This document shows positions 41,441 through 53,050 of a stretch of DNA of 64,000 bases, piece after piece. Below the pieces are notes generated by a model. The model was not told the origin of the DNA. It saw only the letters and a list, made by a program, of their open reading frames with translations, and did not search any database. This DNA comes from an uncultured Aliarcobacter sp. (GTDB taxonomy: Bacteria; Campylobacterota; Campylobacteria; Campylobacterales; Arcobacteraceae), in NCBI GenBank assembly GCA_963664305.2, contig CAXXLV010000002.1:544001-608000 (forward strand), in the 5' to 3' direction. Made by a program: the position numbers and the translations under genes. Every line of letters starts with the position of its first letter. Within the stretch, counting starts at the first letter, position 1.

Positions 41441-41926
41441 ATGATGTATAAAATAGTATTTCTTTTATTTATTTCACTTTTTTTTGTTTCTTGTGGACCT
41501 AAAAATAGTGCATTTAGATATTTTGAAAAAAAAGATGTAGAAACAAGAGGTATTCAGTATACTAAAAAAGCTGATATATTAAAAGATAAAGAAGTTGATG
41601 TAATTTTTATAGCAACGTATTTAAATAAAATTGATAAAAAAATATCAGATTCAAAAAATGAAGTGTTTTTAGTATTTACATATTTTTCAAACAAAGAATC
41701 TCAAAATATAGAAGATAACAATTATCAAGTTGTTTTAAATGATAAAGAACCAATAGTTTTGGAAAAAGTAGAAAAAGATAATGAAAACTTTAAAGATTTA
41801 ATGTTAAAAAATCATTGGGGAAATTATTATTTAGTTAAATTTGACTCAATTGGAGAAACAAATTCTTTAAAATTAGAATTAAAAAATTCAGAGTCTAGTA
41901 GGGCGATACTAGACTTTGAAAAATAG
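41441..41926 (+). CDS. Putative lipoprotein
   Basis: Signal peptide with FVSC lipobox. Confidence 0.75.
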   Translation: MMYKIVFLLFISLFFVSCGPKNSAFRYFEKKDVETRGIQYTKKADILKDKEVDVIFIATYLNKIDKKISDSKNEVFLVFTYFSNKESQNIEDNNYQVVLNDKEPIVLEKVEKDNENFKDLMLKNHWGNYYLVKFDSIGETNSLKLELKNSESSRAILDFEK

Positions 41927-43556
41927 TAGATAGTGAAATAGGATTTTCACTATTTAAATAATTATTATAAATATAGTAATTTGCAAGAACTTTTTTACCA
42001 TACTCTCTTGTTTCTGTAAAAGAAATCATTTCCATACTTAAAAATGGTTCAAATTTTCCTTTTCCTGAAAACAGACCTTTTTGTAGTTGTCTTTTTGTAT
42101 ATCCTCCCCCACCATTGTATGCATAAGCTATAAATAAAGGATTATTATCAAATTGTTTCATTAGAGTATCTAAATGAAAACTTCCATATTTAATATTTTT
42201 ATTTGGTATAAATTGTTCATAAACATTATAATCTTCATTTAATTTTTTTGAAATATCAAGTGATAAAAATGGCATTATTTGCATTACACCTTGAGCAGAA
42301 GAAAAAGATATCGAAGATGGAATAAAATGACTCTCTTGTCTTGCTATTGAATAAATCAAAACTTGTTTATAAATATCATAATTTTTAATTACATTTCTAT
42401 AAGGAGTAATATAATATTGAGTTTTATATTTATTAAATCTTTCTAAAACAAAAGTTAAGTGAGGTAAAGTATTTTCATCAGTAAAAATTTCATAATATTT
42501 TTGAAGTTTAGCTTCGTCTAAATTTTTTTTAGTGTCTTCAACTACATCCATCCATTTAAATGCATCATAAATATCAAAAGAACTTTTTGTATTTTTTAAA
42601 TCAATATTAAAAACGATATTATCAGGTTTTATTCTATATATCTCTTTTGCATATAAAGAGTAGATGTTATTATCCCAACTTGTTGATAATTCTTGTAAAA
42701 AAGAGGTATTTTTACTTACTAAATATAACCAAAATAGAGATTTATCTTTATCAATTTTTAAATAAGATTTATTGTATGAATTTAAAAAGAAATTATAAGC
42801 TGTGTTAATATTGTCATTATTAACTGCATTAATTCCAAGTAAAAATTGTATTTGAGGTGGTAAGTCTTTGTTTGTTTCAAATAAAAATAATGATTTTTGG
42901 ATATTTGTAAGTTTTTTATCAAAAACAACATATCTCAAAAATTTTTCAAAATCTTTATCTAAAGATATTTGATTTAAAAGTTCATTTGGAATTTTTTTAT
43001 TTAAAACTTTTACTCTATAATCATCACCTAAATCAAAAAAAAGTCTCAAAAATCTTTTTACATCAGAATTCACTAATGAAGTAAAAGGATCATTTGAATT
43101 TAAAATCATTAAATCATTTTTTAAAGTAGGGTACGGGTCAAGTTTTGTTATAAAATAAGTTAAATCTTTTTTTGATAATTCTAAAGCTTCTTGTAAAGAT
43201 AATCCTAATGCAATACATTTTGAATCTTCTTGTTTTAATTGTTCTATTGTTGCTCTATAACATTTTAAGTCAATAGGAGCAGTTTTTTTATATTTTTCAT
43301 TAAAAACTTTTTTTAGTGTAGCATTTGTTCCATTGCCCATTTCATAAGCAATTTTTGCATTTTCAAATGATAAATTATCTTGATTTAAATATTGTAAAAT
43401 AAAAAAATCTTTTGCATAAGATTTTGGTTTTTGTTCGAGCCAATCTAAAGTAACTTTAAAATCTTTTTGTAAGAAATCTGTAGTGCTAATTTCATTAGCA
43501 CTAATAGATAAATTTAATAATATAGTAGCACTTAAGCTAAAAAGTTGTTTTTTCAT
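41895..43556 (-). CDS. slt: Soluble lytic murein transglycosylase
   Basis: IARQES, AQGVMQIMP, AYNGG, ETREYGKKV SLT motifs; signal peptide. Confidence 0.9.
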   Translation of the reverse strand: MKKQLFSLSATILLNLSISANEISTTDFLQKDFKVTLDWLEQKPKSYAKDFFILQYLNQDNLSFENAKIAYEMGNGTNATLKKVFNEKYKKTAPIDLKCYRATIEQLKQEDSKCIALGLSLQEALELSKKDLTYFITKLDPYPTLKNDLMILNSNDPFTSLVNSDVKRFLRLFFDLGDDYRVKVLNKKIPNELLNQISLDKDFEKFLRYVVFDKKLTNIQKSLFLFETNKDLPPQIQFLLGINAVNNDNINTAYNFFLNSYNKSYLKIDKDKSLFWLYLVSKNTSFLQELSTSWDNNIYSLYAKEIYRIKPDNIVFNIDLKNTKSSFDIYDAFKWMDVVEDTKKNLDEAKLQKYYEIFTDENTLPHLTFVLERFNKYKTQYYITPYRNVIKNYDIYKQVLIYSIARQESHFIPSSISFSSAQGVMQIMPFLSLDISKKLNEDYNVYEQFIPNKNIKYGSFHLDTLMKQFDNNPLFIAYAYNGGGGYTKRQLQKGLFSGKGKFEPFLSMEMISFTETREYGKKVLANYYIYNNYLNSENPISLSTIFQSLVSPY

Positions 43557-43565
43557 AATTAAATA

Positions 43566-43838
43566 TTAGAAGAATAAATTTTTTAAAAATGTCTCTAAAA
43601 AAATTAATGCAAAAATTAAAATAAGTGGAGCTAAATCCATTCCACCAAAAACAGTTGGAATGTATTTTCTTATAAATGCATAAGCAGGCTCTGTTAATCT
43701 ATAAAGCATTTGAACAATTGGATTATAAGGATCAGGTCTAACCCAAGATAGTATTGCACTTATAATTACTACCCATTTATATAAAAAGATAATACTAAAT
43801 AAAACAGTAAGAATTGAGCTTAATAATGCATCTATCAT
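43566..43838 (-). CDS. YggT family membrane protein
   Basis: LSWV.PDPYNP..LYRLTEP...GGMDLAP. Confidence 0.93.
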   Translation of the reverse strand: MIDALLSSILTVLFSIIFLYKWVVIISAILSWVRPDPYNPIVQMLYRLTEPAYAFIRKYIPTVFGGMDLAPLILIFALIFLETFLKNLFF

Positions 43839-45136
43839 TTTATAATTTCTCCTAAATAATTTTTAATTAAAGGATAAATATCTGAAATATTTGGACCATT
43901 GTCAACACCAGTTAAAATATATCTTAATGGTTTAAATAGGTTTTTACCTTTTAGCCCAGTTTGTTCCATTACATATTTTTTTAATTCTTCATAATCTTCA
44001 AAAAATGGTGCTTTTTGTAAACATTCTTTTAATTTTGAAAATTCTTCTTCAAAACCTTCACAAGAAGTTTTTGGTGTAAAAATTGGTGCAATTTTTTCTT
44101 TTATCTCTTTTATTGTACTAGCTTCTTCTAAGAAAATTTTCCCAAGTTTCCCAATATCAGCATCAGCAAAACCTAAAATTTTTGATAATCTCATTTCATC
44201 AAGCATTTCAATATGTTTTCTATTAATAAATCTTAATTTATCAATATCAAATTTTGCAGAACTTTTTGATACGTTTTCAATTTTAAACCACTCAATAGCT
44301 TCTTCTAAAGTAAAGATTTCAGTTGGAGTTTTATTTCCCATTAAAACTAAATAATTAGCAATAGCGCTTGGTAAAAAACCTTCTTCAATTAACCATTTTA
44401 CTGAACTTGCATCATCTCTTTTACTCATTTTTTTACCAGTTTGAGCATTTAAAATAATTGGTAAATGAACATATTTTATCTCTTTTTCATATCCTAAAGA
44501 ATTTCTAATATGTATTTGTTTAGGAGTATTTGAAACATGGTCTTCACCACGAATTACTACAGAAATATCCATTAACATATCATCAACTGCACATGCATAG
44601 TTATAAGTTGGAGTTTTATCTTGTCTTAAAATAATAAAACTATCTACATCAAATGGTGCATAATCAAAATCACCTTTTAAAAGGTCAGTAAATTTGATAT
44701 TATGTTCAGGTTTTTTGATACGAACAGTAAAAGGTGCATTTGTATTTAAAACTGTTTCATCAGATAAATTTTCACAAAAATCATCATATCTAAAAGGTTT
44801 TTTTTCACTTTCTGCTTTTTGTCTTAATTCATCAAGCTTGTCATCACTACAAAAACATGCAAATGCCTTTTTTTGAGTCATTAACTGTAAAGCCATTTTT
44901 TGATGATATTTTAAATTTGCACTTTGATAGAAAAGTGATTTATATTCAATAGAAAAAAGATTTAAAATCTCTAAAATCTCTTTATCTTTACCTTCTATGT
45001 TTCTTTCTGTATCTGTATCTTCAATTCTGATAATTAAATCTTCTTTTAATTGTTTTGATACAATATAATTAAAAATGGCAACTCTAAGGTTACCAATATG
45101 CATATCTCCTGTTGGACTTGGGGCAAATCTTAACAA
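43835..45136 (-). CDS. gltX: Glutamate--tRNA ligase (GluRS2-type)
   Basis: [30 protein letters not shown]. Confidence 0.93.
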   Translation of the reverse strand: MLRFAPSPTGDMHIGNLRVAIFNYIVSKQLKEDLIIRIEDTDTERNIEGKDKEILEILNLFSIEYKSLFYQSANLKYHQKMALQLMTQKKAFACFCSDDKLDELRQKAESEKKPFRYDDFCENLSDETVLNTNAPFTVRIKKPEHNIKFTDLLKGDFDYAPFDVDSFIILRQDKTPTYNYACAVDDMLMDISVVIRGEDHVSNTPKQIHIRNSLGYEKEIKYVHLPIILNAQTGKKMSKRDDASSVKWLIEEGFLPSAIANYLVLMGNKTPTEIFTLEEAIEWFKIENVSKSSAKFDIDKLRFINRKHIEMLDEMRLSKILGFADADIGKLGKIFLEEASTIKEIKEKIAPIFTPKTSCEGFEEEFSKLKECLQKAPFFEDYEELKKYVMEQTGLKGKNLFKPLRYILTGVDNGPNISDIYPLIKNYLGEIIK

Positions 45137-45138
45137 AA

Positions 45139-46431
45139 TTATTTCCTTACAATTGAAAATGTTAAATTATTTATCTCATTATGAGATTTTATATATTTAT
45201 TTAAATCAGCTAATTCTAAAGTTTGAATTTTTTCTAGCTCTTTTTTAGAATAATCAGGCTCTAAACCTCTATAATATAAAGTAAAAGCTCTATTTAATCT
45301 TTGAGCTAAAGTTTCACTTCTTAATGGTTCACTTCCTGTTAAAAAGTTTTTAGCTGCTTCTAATTCCTCTTTTGTTACACCTTTTTCAACAAAATCTGCA
45401 ACAATTTGTGAAACTAATTTTTGTGCTTCATTTGCACTTTCATTTTTAGTTTGTAAATAACCATTAAAATATGTGTGAGATTTATTTATAGAGATTGAAC
45501 CATAAGCACTATAAGCTAAACCTCTTTTTACTCTAATTTCTTCCATTAATCTTGAACCAAAACCTGAACCACCTAAAATAAATGATGCAACTTTTGCTTT
45601 GTAGTTTTCCTCATCTTTTGAATCTACATTAAATGAACTACCAAAATAAATATAAGCTTGTTCAGTATCTTTTATTAGAGTTTTTTCTTCTTTTTTAGAT
45701 ATGAAATCAACTTTTTTAGCTTCTTGAGTTGTTCCAACTTTTAAAGTTTCTAAAATAGGTTTTATTAAATTTTCAAATTCATTTAAACTAAAATCCCCTC
45801 CAGCAACAATAATTAAGTTTTCTAAACATAAAGTTTTATCTAAAAAATTTTCTATATCTTTTAATTCTATTTTAGAAATAGACTCAATTGTTCCAGAAGC
45901 TGGATTTTGTAAAGCTGTATCTTTAAAAAGTATAGATTTTAATTGATTTTGTGCAACATAATCAAAGTCATTTTCTTTTCTTTTTAAGCTTCCAACTTGA
46001 ATAGTTTTTAACTTTGTTAATGTGTCATCTGTAAAATTTGGTGATTTTAATAAATCATTTAAAAGTGAAACAGCTTTTGATGCTTCTTCTTTTAAACTTG
46101 ATAATTCAATTACAAAAGTTTCAAAACCATTTGAAGTTGTTAAGGTAATAGCATTTTCATCAAGTTCTTGAGCAAAGTTTGTTGCACCTAACTCTTTTGT
46201 TCCTTCATTTAAAAGTTTAGAAGAAAGATTTACTAAACCACTTTTTTCATTGTCTTGAATATAACCAGAATTTTTAAAAACAAGTTGTAGATTTAAAATT
46301 GGTAAACTTTTTTGTTCTTCAAAAATTACTGGTATTTCAACACCTTTTATATTAATATGCTTAATTGTAGCACTCATTAAACTTCCTTGTAAAATTACTA
46401 GTATAAATAAAAAATAGTATTTTATTTTCAT
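45139..46431 (-). CDS. M16 family peptidase-like protein (non-catalytic type)
   Basis: [25 protein letters not shown]; no HxxEH. Confidence 0.88.
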   Translation of the reverse strand: MKIKYYFLFILVILQGSLMSATIKHINIKGVEIPVIFEEQKSLPILNLQLVFKNSGYIQDNEKSGLVNLSSKLLNEGTKELGATNFAQELDENAITLTTSNGFETFVIELSSLKEEASKAVSLLNDLLKSPNFTDDTLTKLKTIQVGSLKRKENDFDYVAQNQLKSILFKDTALQNPASGTIESISKIELKDIENFLDKTLCLENLIIVAGGDFSLNEFENLIKPILETLKVGTTQEAKKVDFISKKEEKTLIKDTEQAYIYFGSSFNVDSKDEENYKAKVASFILGGSGFGSRLMEEIRVKRGLAYSAYGSISINKSHTYFNGYLQTKNESANEAQKLVSQIVADFVEKGVTKEELEAAKNFLTGSEPLRSETLAQRLNRAFTLYYRGLEPDYSKKELEKIQTLELADLNKYIKSHNEINNLTFSIVRK

Positions 46432-46436
46432 TAGAT

Positions 46437-47510
46437 TTAGAACCTTTCTAAAATCTCGTAAGCTGTATTTCTTTTTGCTGGATTTTCACCAATATCTTTT
46501 ATTAATCTAATCATTTCATCTTGATTCATTCTATTTGCTGCACCAGCTGCTTTTACAACGTTTTCTTCCATCATTGTACTTCCTAAATCATTTGCACCAA
46601 ATTTAAGTGCTAATTGACCGATGTAAGAACCTTGTGTAACCCAAGAACTTTGCATATTTCTAAAATTATCTAAATATAGTCTTGAAACAGCTAATAATCT
46701 TAAATATCTATTTGAAGATTGAGGTTTGATTTCAGGATGTTCTTCTGTAAGTTTTGTATTTTTTCCTTGAAAAGACCACATAATAAATGCTCTAAATCCA
46801 CCAGTTTCATCTTGTAATTTTCTTAAATGTTCCCAATGTTCAATTATCTCTTCATCTGTTTCTACTGTACCAAACATCATAGTTGCTGTTGTTTTCATAC
46901 CAATTGAATGAGCAAGTCTATGAACTTCTAACCACTCTTGTGTATCCATTTTTTTAGGAGCAATTATATCTCTTACTCTATCAGATAAAATTTCAGCACC
47001 AGCTCCAGGAATTGAACTTAGACCTTTTGCTTGTAATCTTTTTAAAACTTCAAGTTTTGAAATTTTTGAAATTCTAGCAATAAAATCAATTTCAATAGCA
47101 GAAAAACCATGAATTGTAATTTGTGGATATTTTGTATGAATATGATTTACTAACTCTTCATAATAATCAATTTTTAGTTTTGGATGAACTCCACCTTGGA
47201 AAAGGATTTGTGTTCCACCAATAGCTAATAACTCTTCTATTTTTTCATCAATCTCATCAAATTTTAAAACATAAGAGTCTTCATCTTTCCCATGTCTAAA
47301 AAAAGCACAAAATTTACAATCTACCCAACAAACATTTGTATAGTTGATATTTCTATCAACTATAAATGTTGTTAATTTTTCAGGATGAAGTTCAGCTTTT
47401 TTAGCGCTTGCCATTTCACCTAATTCTAAAAGTGAAGCATTTCTTATTAAATCAAGTGCTTCTTCATTTGTAAGTCGTTTTTTTAAATCAACTTCAACTT
47501 TTTTAACCAT
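46437..47510 (-). CDS. mqnC: Dehypoxanthine futalosine cyclase
   Basis: DRNINYTNVCWVDCKFCAF, PGAGAEIL, GANDLGSTMMEENVV. Confidence 0.93.
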   Translation of the reverse strand: MVKKVEVDLKKRLTNEEALDLIRNASLLELGEMASAKKAELHPEKLTTFIVDRNINYTNVCWVDCKFCAFFRHGKDEDSYVLKFDEIDEKIEELLAIGGTQILFQGGVHPKLKIDYYEELVNHIHTKYPQITIHGFSAIEIDFIARISKISKLEVLKRLQAKGLSSIPGAGAEILSDRVRDIIAPKKMDTQEWLEVHRLAHSIGMKTTATMMFGTVETDEEIIEHWEHLRKLQDETGGFRAFIMWSFQGKNTKLTEEHPEIKPQSSNRYLRLLAVSRLYLDNFRNMQSSWVTQGSYIGQLALKFGANDLGSTMMEENVVKAAGAANRMNQDEMIRLIKDIGENPAKRNTAYEILERF

Positions 47511-49762
47511 TAGAAGCTTGCTCCTAATGAGAATTCAAATGATGATGTATCATCACCTGGTTCATTATCAAGTGCTCTTGAGAAGATTAATTGTAATGGT
47601 CCCATAGGTGAAATCCATTCTAATAATGCACCAGCTCCTGATCTTTCAATATCATTAAATGTATCTTGTCCAATCATACCATAGTCGTAGAATAATCCCC
47701 ATCTCATTTTTGCACTTGGAATTAATGGGAAACTCATCTCTGCTGAATTTGCCCATAAGTTTTTATATGGGTCTGTTTTATAACCTGTTTCATTTGATGG
47801 GAAGGCATAAGATTTATAACCTCTTAATGTTTTAGGACCTCCAAGGTATAAAGAGTCTCCTTGATTAATTTGGCCATTATCAATTAAGATTTTCATTTGA
47901 GTTTTTAATCTTAATACCCAATCAAGTTCTGTTAAATCCTCTAAAGAATAGAAATATTTTAAATAAGCACTAGGTTTTATATATTTTGAATCTCCACCAA
48001 CTCCAGCATACTCAGCAGAAACTCCTGCTCTATATCCTTCTCTTGGGAAGTAATAATCATCAGTATTATCATAGTTTAGATAAGGCGTGATTGAACTTGA
48101 AGTATAATCTTGTGATTCATATTTTTCACCTAAAGCAGAATTATAAACAAAAGTAGAGTCATAATCATAATTTTCACTAACAAAATCAAGTCTATATCTA
48201 GCTCCTGCATATAGATTTCTCATTACTTCTTTTCCTAGAGCAACAGAAAAACCTTGAGTTTCTATAGTTGAATCATAAGTGTCTCTATTTATTTCTGATT
48301 CAGTACTATGAACTTCAACTTCACCATTATAATCACTATCATTAATTGCAGGATTTTTTAGACTTAATTCAAATCTATTTGTTCTTGCAGATAAATCAGC
48401 ACTTAATCCAAGAGCCATTCCTGAACCAAAAATATTTACATCGCTGATAGAACCATTTACCATGAATTTATCATAAGAACCATATCCTCCACCAAGCATT
48501 AATGAACCTGTTGGTGCTTCAGTTACTTTTACAACAATATCCATTTTTGTATCACTAACTCTTTTTTCTTCGATTTGAACATCTTCAAAGAATCTAGAAC
48601 GTTTAAGTTTATTTGTTGAATCTTTAAAATCTGTAAGATTATATAAATCTCCAGGTGCTAAGAATACATTTCTTCTAATAACTCTATCTAAAGTTCTGTT
48701 GTTTCCTGAAATTTTTACATCATTAATATAAACTTTTTTACCAGGAATTACATTATAAATAACATCAACTTTTCTTTCAGCTTCATTTTTCTTTAAATCA
48801 AATTTTACTTCTGTAAAAGCGTAACCTTGATTTGCTACTTGAGTTTTTATATAGTCTTGGTCAGCTCTTAATTTTTTAATATTAAAAGTATTTCCAACAA
48901 TTAATTTTAATTCAGGATAAATTGTTTCAGGGTCTACAATTGATGAATCTAAATATATTTTGATGTCATTTGTAGTATATTTTTCACCCTCAAAAATAAA
49001 GAAGTCTAATTTTGCTTGGTCAGATGCAAAATCAATATCTAAAAATGGTTCTTTTACTTGAGCATCTAAATAACCTTTTTCATAATACAAATCATTAATT
49101 CTTCTTGCATCATATTTTAATTGGTCAATTTTTACTTCACCATCATTTTGTCCAAACCACCAAGAAGCAAATTCTATTTCTTTATTTGCAGTAACTAAAT
49201 CAAAATCATCTTGTTCTAAATTATCAGCACCATGATAGTTTGCTTGTTTGATAATAATTTCATCACCTTTATTTACATTGAAAGTAACTTTTAATGATTG
49301 CTCATTTATTTTTTCAACTTCAGTTTCTACAACTGAGTTAATAAAACCTTCACTTTCAAGCATACTAAGAAGTTTCTCTTTAGCTTCTTTTATTCTTTTT
49401 TCCGTGTACATTGAACCTTTTTTTAATCTAATTAGATTTTTTAAAGTTTCTATATCTTCACTTCTTGACTTATAACCTTTAATATCAATACTTGCAATTG
49501 AAGGTTTTTCTTTGAAAATTAATTTTATATTACCATTTTCATTTACAATTTTAATATCTTCAAAATAACCCTGTTTATAAAAATTTATAACAGCATCATT
49601 TAGCTTATCTTCATTAAGTTCATCACCAACTTTCATATTTAAAGTTTCATCTAATATTTGAGGTGAAATCTTGTTTACATCTTTATATTCTATTGATTTT
49701 ATTGTAGTAGCGCTTAATGCTGTTGCACAAGCAAGAGATAATAGTACGACTTTATTTTTCAC
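47510..49762 (-). CDS. bamA: Outer membrane protein assembly factor BamA
   Basis: POTRA repeats, GNNRTLDRVIRR, LRGY, SPMGPL, terminal Phe; GTG start after AAGGA. Confidence 0.96.
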   Translation of the reverse strand: MKNKVVLLSLACATALSATTIKSIEYKDVNKISPQILDETLNMKVGDELNEDKLNDAVINFYKQGYFEDIKIVNENGNIKLIFKEKPSIASIDIKGYKSRSEDIETLKNLIRLKKGSMYTEKRIKEAKEKLLSMLESEGFINSVVETEVEKINEQSLKVTFNVNKGDEIIIKQANYHGADNLEQDDFDLVTANKEIEFASWWFGQNDGEVKIDQLKYDARRINDLYYEKGYLDAQVKEPFLDIDFASDQAKLDFFIFEGEKYTTNDIKIYLDSSIVDPETIYPELKLIVGNTFNIKKLRADQDYIKTQVANQGYAFTEVKFDLKKNEAERKVDVIYNVIPGKKVYINDVKISGNNRTLDRVIRRNVFLAPGDLYNLTDFKDSTNKLKRSRFFEDVQIEEKRVSDTKMDIVVKVTEAPTGSLMLGGGYGSYDKFMVNGSISDVNIFGSGMALGLSADLSARTNRFELSLKNPAINDSDYNGEVEVHSTESEINRDTYDSTIETQGFSVALGKEVMRNLYAGARYRLDFVSENYDYDSTFVYNSALGEKYESQDYTSSSITPYLNYDNTDDYYFPREGYRAGVSAEYAGVGGDSKYIKPSAYLKYFYSLEDLTELDWVLRLKTQMKILIDNGQINQGDSLYLGGPKTLRGYKSYAFPSNETGYKTDPYKNLWANSAEMSFPLIPSAKMRWGLFYDYGMIGQDTFNDIERSGAGALLEWISPMGPLQLIFSRALDNEPGDDTSSFEFSLGASF

Positions 49763-49865
49763 AACTATCCTTATTTTCATTATAGTGCATTAATATATCT
49801 AAATATAGTTTATATAAATATAAAGTAGGGTATAATCCTTTAATAATTTATAAAAAGGTCGTAGT

Positions 49866-50696
49866 TTGAATATTGGAATTATTGGTTTAGGACTAATGGG
49901 TGGTTCTTTAGCAAAAGCTGTAAAAAGATATGGTATTGCAAAAAAAGTTTATGGTTTTACAAATAGTGAAAAAAATAAAAAAGATATCTTAGATTTAAAT
50001 TTAGTTGATGAATTAGTAGATTTAGAAACATTAAAAAAAGTTTCAGATGTAATAATATTAGCAATTCCAGTAGATGCAATTATTGGAATGTTTCCAAATT
50101 TTTTAGATATAGATGATGAAACAACAATTATTGATATGGGTTCAACTAAAGAGTATATAGTAAAATCTATTCCATCTGAAATAAGAAAAAATTTTATTGC
50201 AGCACATCCTATGACGGGAACAGAAAAATCAGGTCCAAAAGCTGCTATTGATGATTTATATGAAGGAAAAACGGTAGTTTTTTGTGATTTAGAAGACAAC
50301 GCTAATTTACATGTAAATAGAGCATTTAGAATTTTCCAAGAAATTGGTATGAGAATTGTTGTTATGGATAGTGACCAACATGATATTCATGCTTGTTATA
50401 TTTCTCATTTACCACATGTTATATCTTTTTCTCTTGCAAATACAGTTATGAGTCATGAAGACCCAAAATCAATCATTGCACTTGCTGCTGGTGGATTTAA
50501 AGATATGAGTAGAATAGCAAAATCAAGTCCAAGAATGTGGAGTGATATTTTTAAACAAAACAGAAAAAATCTTTTAGCTTCTATTGAAACATTTGAAGAG
50601 CAATTACAAAGTGCAAAAAGAATGGTTGAAAATGAAGATTATGAAGCTTTAGAAGCTTGGATGAAAAAGGCAAATACTTTACATGAGATACTATAA
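49866..50696 (+). CDS. tyrA: Prephenate dehydrogenase
   Basis: GLGLMGGS, DMGSTK, HPMTGTE, SHLPH, FKDMSRIA. Confidence 0.95.
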   Translation: MNIGIIGLGLMGGSLAKAVKRYGIAKKVYGFTNSEKNKKDILDLNLVDELVDLETLKKVSDVIILAIPVDAIIGMFPNFLDIDDETTIIDMGSTKEYIVKSIPSEIRKNFIAAHPMTGTEKSGPKAAIDDLYEGKTVVFCDLEDNANLHVNRAFRIFQEIGMRIVVMDSDQHDIHACYISHLPHVISFSLANTVMSHEDPKSIIALAAGGFKDMSRIAKSSPRMWSDIFKQNRKNLLASIETFEEQLQSAKRMVENEDYEALEAWMKKANTLHEIL

Positions 50697-50707
50697 AATA
50701 GTATCTC
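50685..50707. terminator. Bidirectional terminator hairpin
   Basis: gagatactat-aaa-atagtatctc between convergent tyrA and folP. Confidence 0.7.
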
Positions 50708-50713
50708 TTCTTT

Positions 50714-51853
50714 TTAATTTATATTATTTATAGCTTCAAAAACTTTTATTGCTTGATAGTGTTCTTTTACATCATGACATCTAATAATTGAAGCACCATA
50801 TCTAATAGATTCTAAATGAATTGCTAAAGTTCCAGGAAGTCTATCTACAACTTCAGTTGGAGTTATCATATTTATCATAGATTTTCTACTTGCACCTATT
50901 AATAACTCATAACCAAAATGTTTAAAGTGTTCTAAATTTTTTAAAAGTAATAAATTATGTTCTAATGTTTTTCCAAAACCAATTCCAACATCTAAAACAA
51001 TATCATCTATTCCAAAACTTTTGGCTTTTTCTATTTGATTTTTTAAATAAGTATCAATATCTAAAATTACATTTTCATAGGTTGGATTATCTTGCATATT
51101 TGTTTGATTATTTTGCATATGCATAATTACAACTTGAGCATTGTATTTTGAAGCTATTTTACAAACTTCATCATTTTCTAAACCTGTAATATCATTTACA
51201 ATTTTAAAACCATGATTTAAAACATAATCAATAACTTTTGGAGCAAAAGAATCAATTGAAAAATCAACTTTTTCATAGTATTTATTTTTATAAATAGTTT
51301 GAACTATATCTTTTACTCTTTCTAATTCAACATCTTCTGGAACAGCAAGACTTCCAGGTCTAGAAGAAACTGCACCAATATCAATTATATTAGCACCATC
51401 TTCAATCATTTTTTCAATTCTAGTTGATGCACAAGAATTATCAAATCTACTATTTTTAAAAAATGAGTCTTCATTTGCATTTAAAACACCCATTATTTTT
51501 GTTTTAAAATTTTGTTCTTTTACATAATTTTTTAAAGATTTTGCTAACTCTTTTAAACCAAAAGGTTGCGCTAACTCTTTTCTAGATAAAACTTCAAAAT
51601 GTTTAGTTGTTCCAATTAACACAGCATCTACATATTTATCACGAGCCACAATAACTCCACTTGGAACTGCTAAATCCGCACCAATAGATAAAGCATCTTG
51701 TTTTAAAATATTTGCTGCTCCAACATGTAAATCTTTTATATATAAAGTGTGAAGTTTTGATTTTTTAGATAGTATTTCTATACCACCTTTGTCACAACCT
51801 AAATTTTCATAAAATTTTTTTGTATCAGATATTGATATTTTATATGTTTGCAT
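50714..51853 (-). CDS. folP: Dihydropteroate synthase with N-terminal extension
   Basis: IMGVLN..DSF, DIGAVSSRPG, DVGIGFGK, GASRKS, RCHDV. Confidence 0.95.
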   Translation of the reverse strand: MQTYKISISDTKKFYENLGCDKGGIEILSKKSKLHTLYIKDLHVGAANILKQDALSIGADLAVPSGVIVARDKYVDAVLIGTTKHFEVLSRKELAQPFGLKELAKSLKNYVKEQNFKTKIMGVLNANEDSFFKNSRFDNSCASTRIEKMIEDGANIIDIGAVSSRPGSLAVPEDVELERVKDIVQTIYKNKYYEKVDFSIDSFAPKVIDYVLNHGFKIVNDITGLENDEVCKIASKYNAQVVIMHMQNNQTNMQDNPTYENVILDIDTYLKNQIEKAKSFGIDDIVLDVGIGFGKTLEHNLLLLKNLEHFKHFGYELLIGASRKSMINMITPTEVVDRLPGTLAIHLESIRYGASIIRCHDVKEHYQAIKVFEAINNIN

Positions 51854-51864
51854 ATAAAACCTTT

Positions 51865-52494
51865 TTAGTTTTTATTTTTTTGATTTACCAAAAATAGAAG
51901 TAGGGTAGTTAACACATTTATAGGTCTAGAATTTAATTCTAATAATTTTATTGATTTAGAAAAAAATTCTAACTCTTTTTGTGATAATTTTATTTTTTGA
52001 TTATTTACTTTTAATAAAATTGATTCAACAATATCTTTAGCTTCTTGTTTAGAAATTTTTTGATTTTCTTTTAAAAAATTATAAATATCTTTTAAATCTA
52101 ATTTATTTAGATTAAGAGTAGATTCTTGTTTTATCAAAGATTTCTTTAGATATTTGTATGGTAATCTCGAATAAATTGTTGGTAAAAGAGATGTTTTAGA
52201 ATTTGTTATTATTATAAATACAACATTTCTTGGTGGTTCTTCTAAAATTTTAAGTAAAGAGTTTTGAGCCTCTTTTCTAAAAGTTGTTCCACATAAAAAA
52301 ATATATTTTTTTTCATTTGAAGCAATATATGCTTCTTTTATTGCTTGTGTAGCTTGAGCAATTTGAAATTCTTCTTTCTCTTCATTTTTTATAATTCTTG
52401 TAGAATGCAAAGGATATTTTGGAATCAACTCATTTATAGTTGTTTCAATATCATTTACTATTAAGATAGACGAGTTTTCAATAAATTCAATCAC
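51865..52494 (-). CDS. holB: DNA polymerase III delta' subunit (short Campylobacterota form)
   Basis: AQNSLLKILEEPP, LLPTIYSR. Confidence 0.9.
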   Translation of the reverse strand: MIEFIENSSILIVNDIETTINELIPKYPLHSTRIIKNEEKEEFQIAQATQAIKEAYIASNEKKYIFLCGTTFRKEAQNSLLKILEEPPRNVVFIIITNSKTSLLPTIYSRLPYKYLKKSLIKQESTLNLNKLDLKDIYNFLKENQKISKQEAKDIVESILLKVNNQKIKLSQKELEFFSKSIKLLELNSRPINVLTTLLLFLVNQKNKN

Positions 52495-52496
52495 TT

Positions 52497-53048
52497 TTAA
52501 TTTTCCACATTAATTTCAGCAAATAAAGAAGCACTAACTGATTTATTATATAATCTAAACATTTGTAAAAGTTTCATATCTAAAGCTTCATCGCTACTTT
52601 TTAAATTAAATGCATCTTGTTTCTCTTCATCAAATAACCATAAAAAAGAGTTTTTAGAAACTTTTGGAATAATAGCTCTTACATCTTGGCTTTTACCAAT
52701 ATACCAAAAACAATATCCATTTGGAAAAGAGATACTTAACATATCTTTTATATAAGAAATATCTTCATCTGATTTTACAGCATCAATATATCTATAAAAA
52801 GATTTAAAATCATAGTAAGGTAAAAATGGTCGATTCAATTTAGGAGAATTAATATTTCCTAAAATATACTCTAAAAACCATTCTCTCTCTTTATCCGTAA
52901 CAACAATTATAGAAAAACCTCTTTCTAATAAATTGTTTATGTTTTTAGATACTAATGGTGTCCATTCATATTTTTTTTCTTCCAACCAAGGAGATATTAA
53001 TCTATCTTCCCTGATTGTATTTACAGTCCAATTTAAAAATTCTTGCAC
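52497..53048 (-). CDS. hobA: DnaA-binding replication regulator HobA
   Basis: FLNWT...IRED...WLEEKKYEW, RPFLP, FWYIG; lysC-hobA-holB-folP synteny. Confidence 0.9.
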   Translation of the reverse strand: MQEFLNWTVNTIREDRLISPWLEEKKYEWTPLVSKNINNLLERGFSIIVVTDKEREWFLEYILGNINSPKLNRPFLPYYDFKSFYRYIDAVKSDEDISYIKDMLSISFPNGYCFWYIGKSQDVRAIIPKVSKNSFLWLFDEEKQDAFNLKSSDEALDMKLLQMFRLYNKSVSASLFAEINVEN

Positions 53049-53050
53049 TA

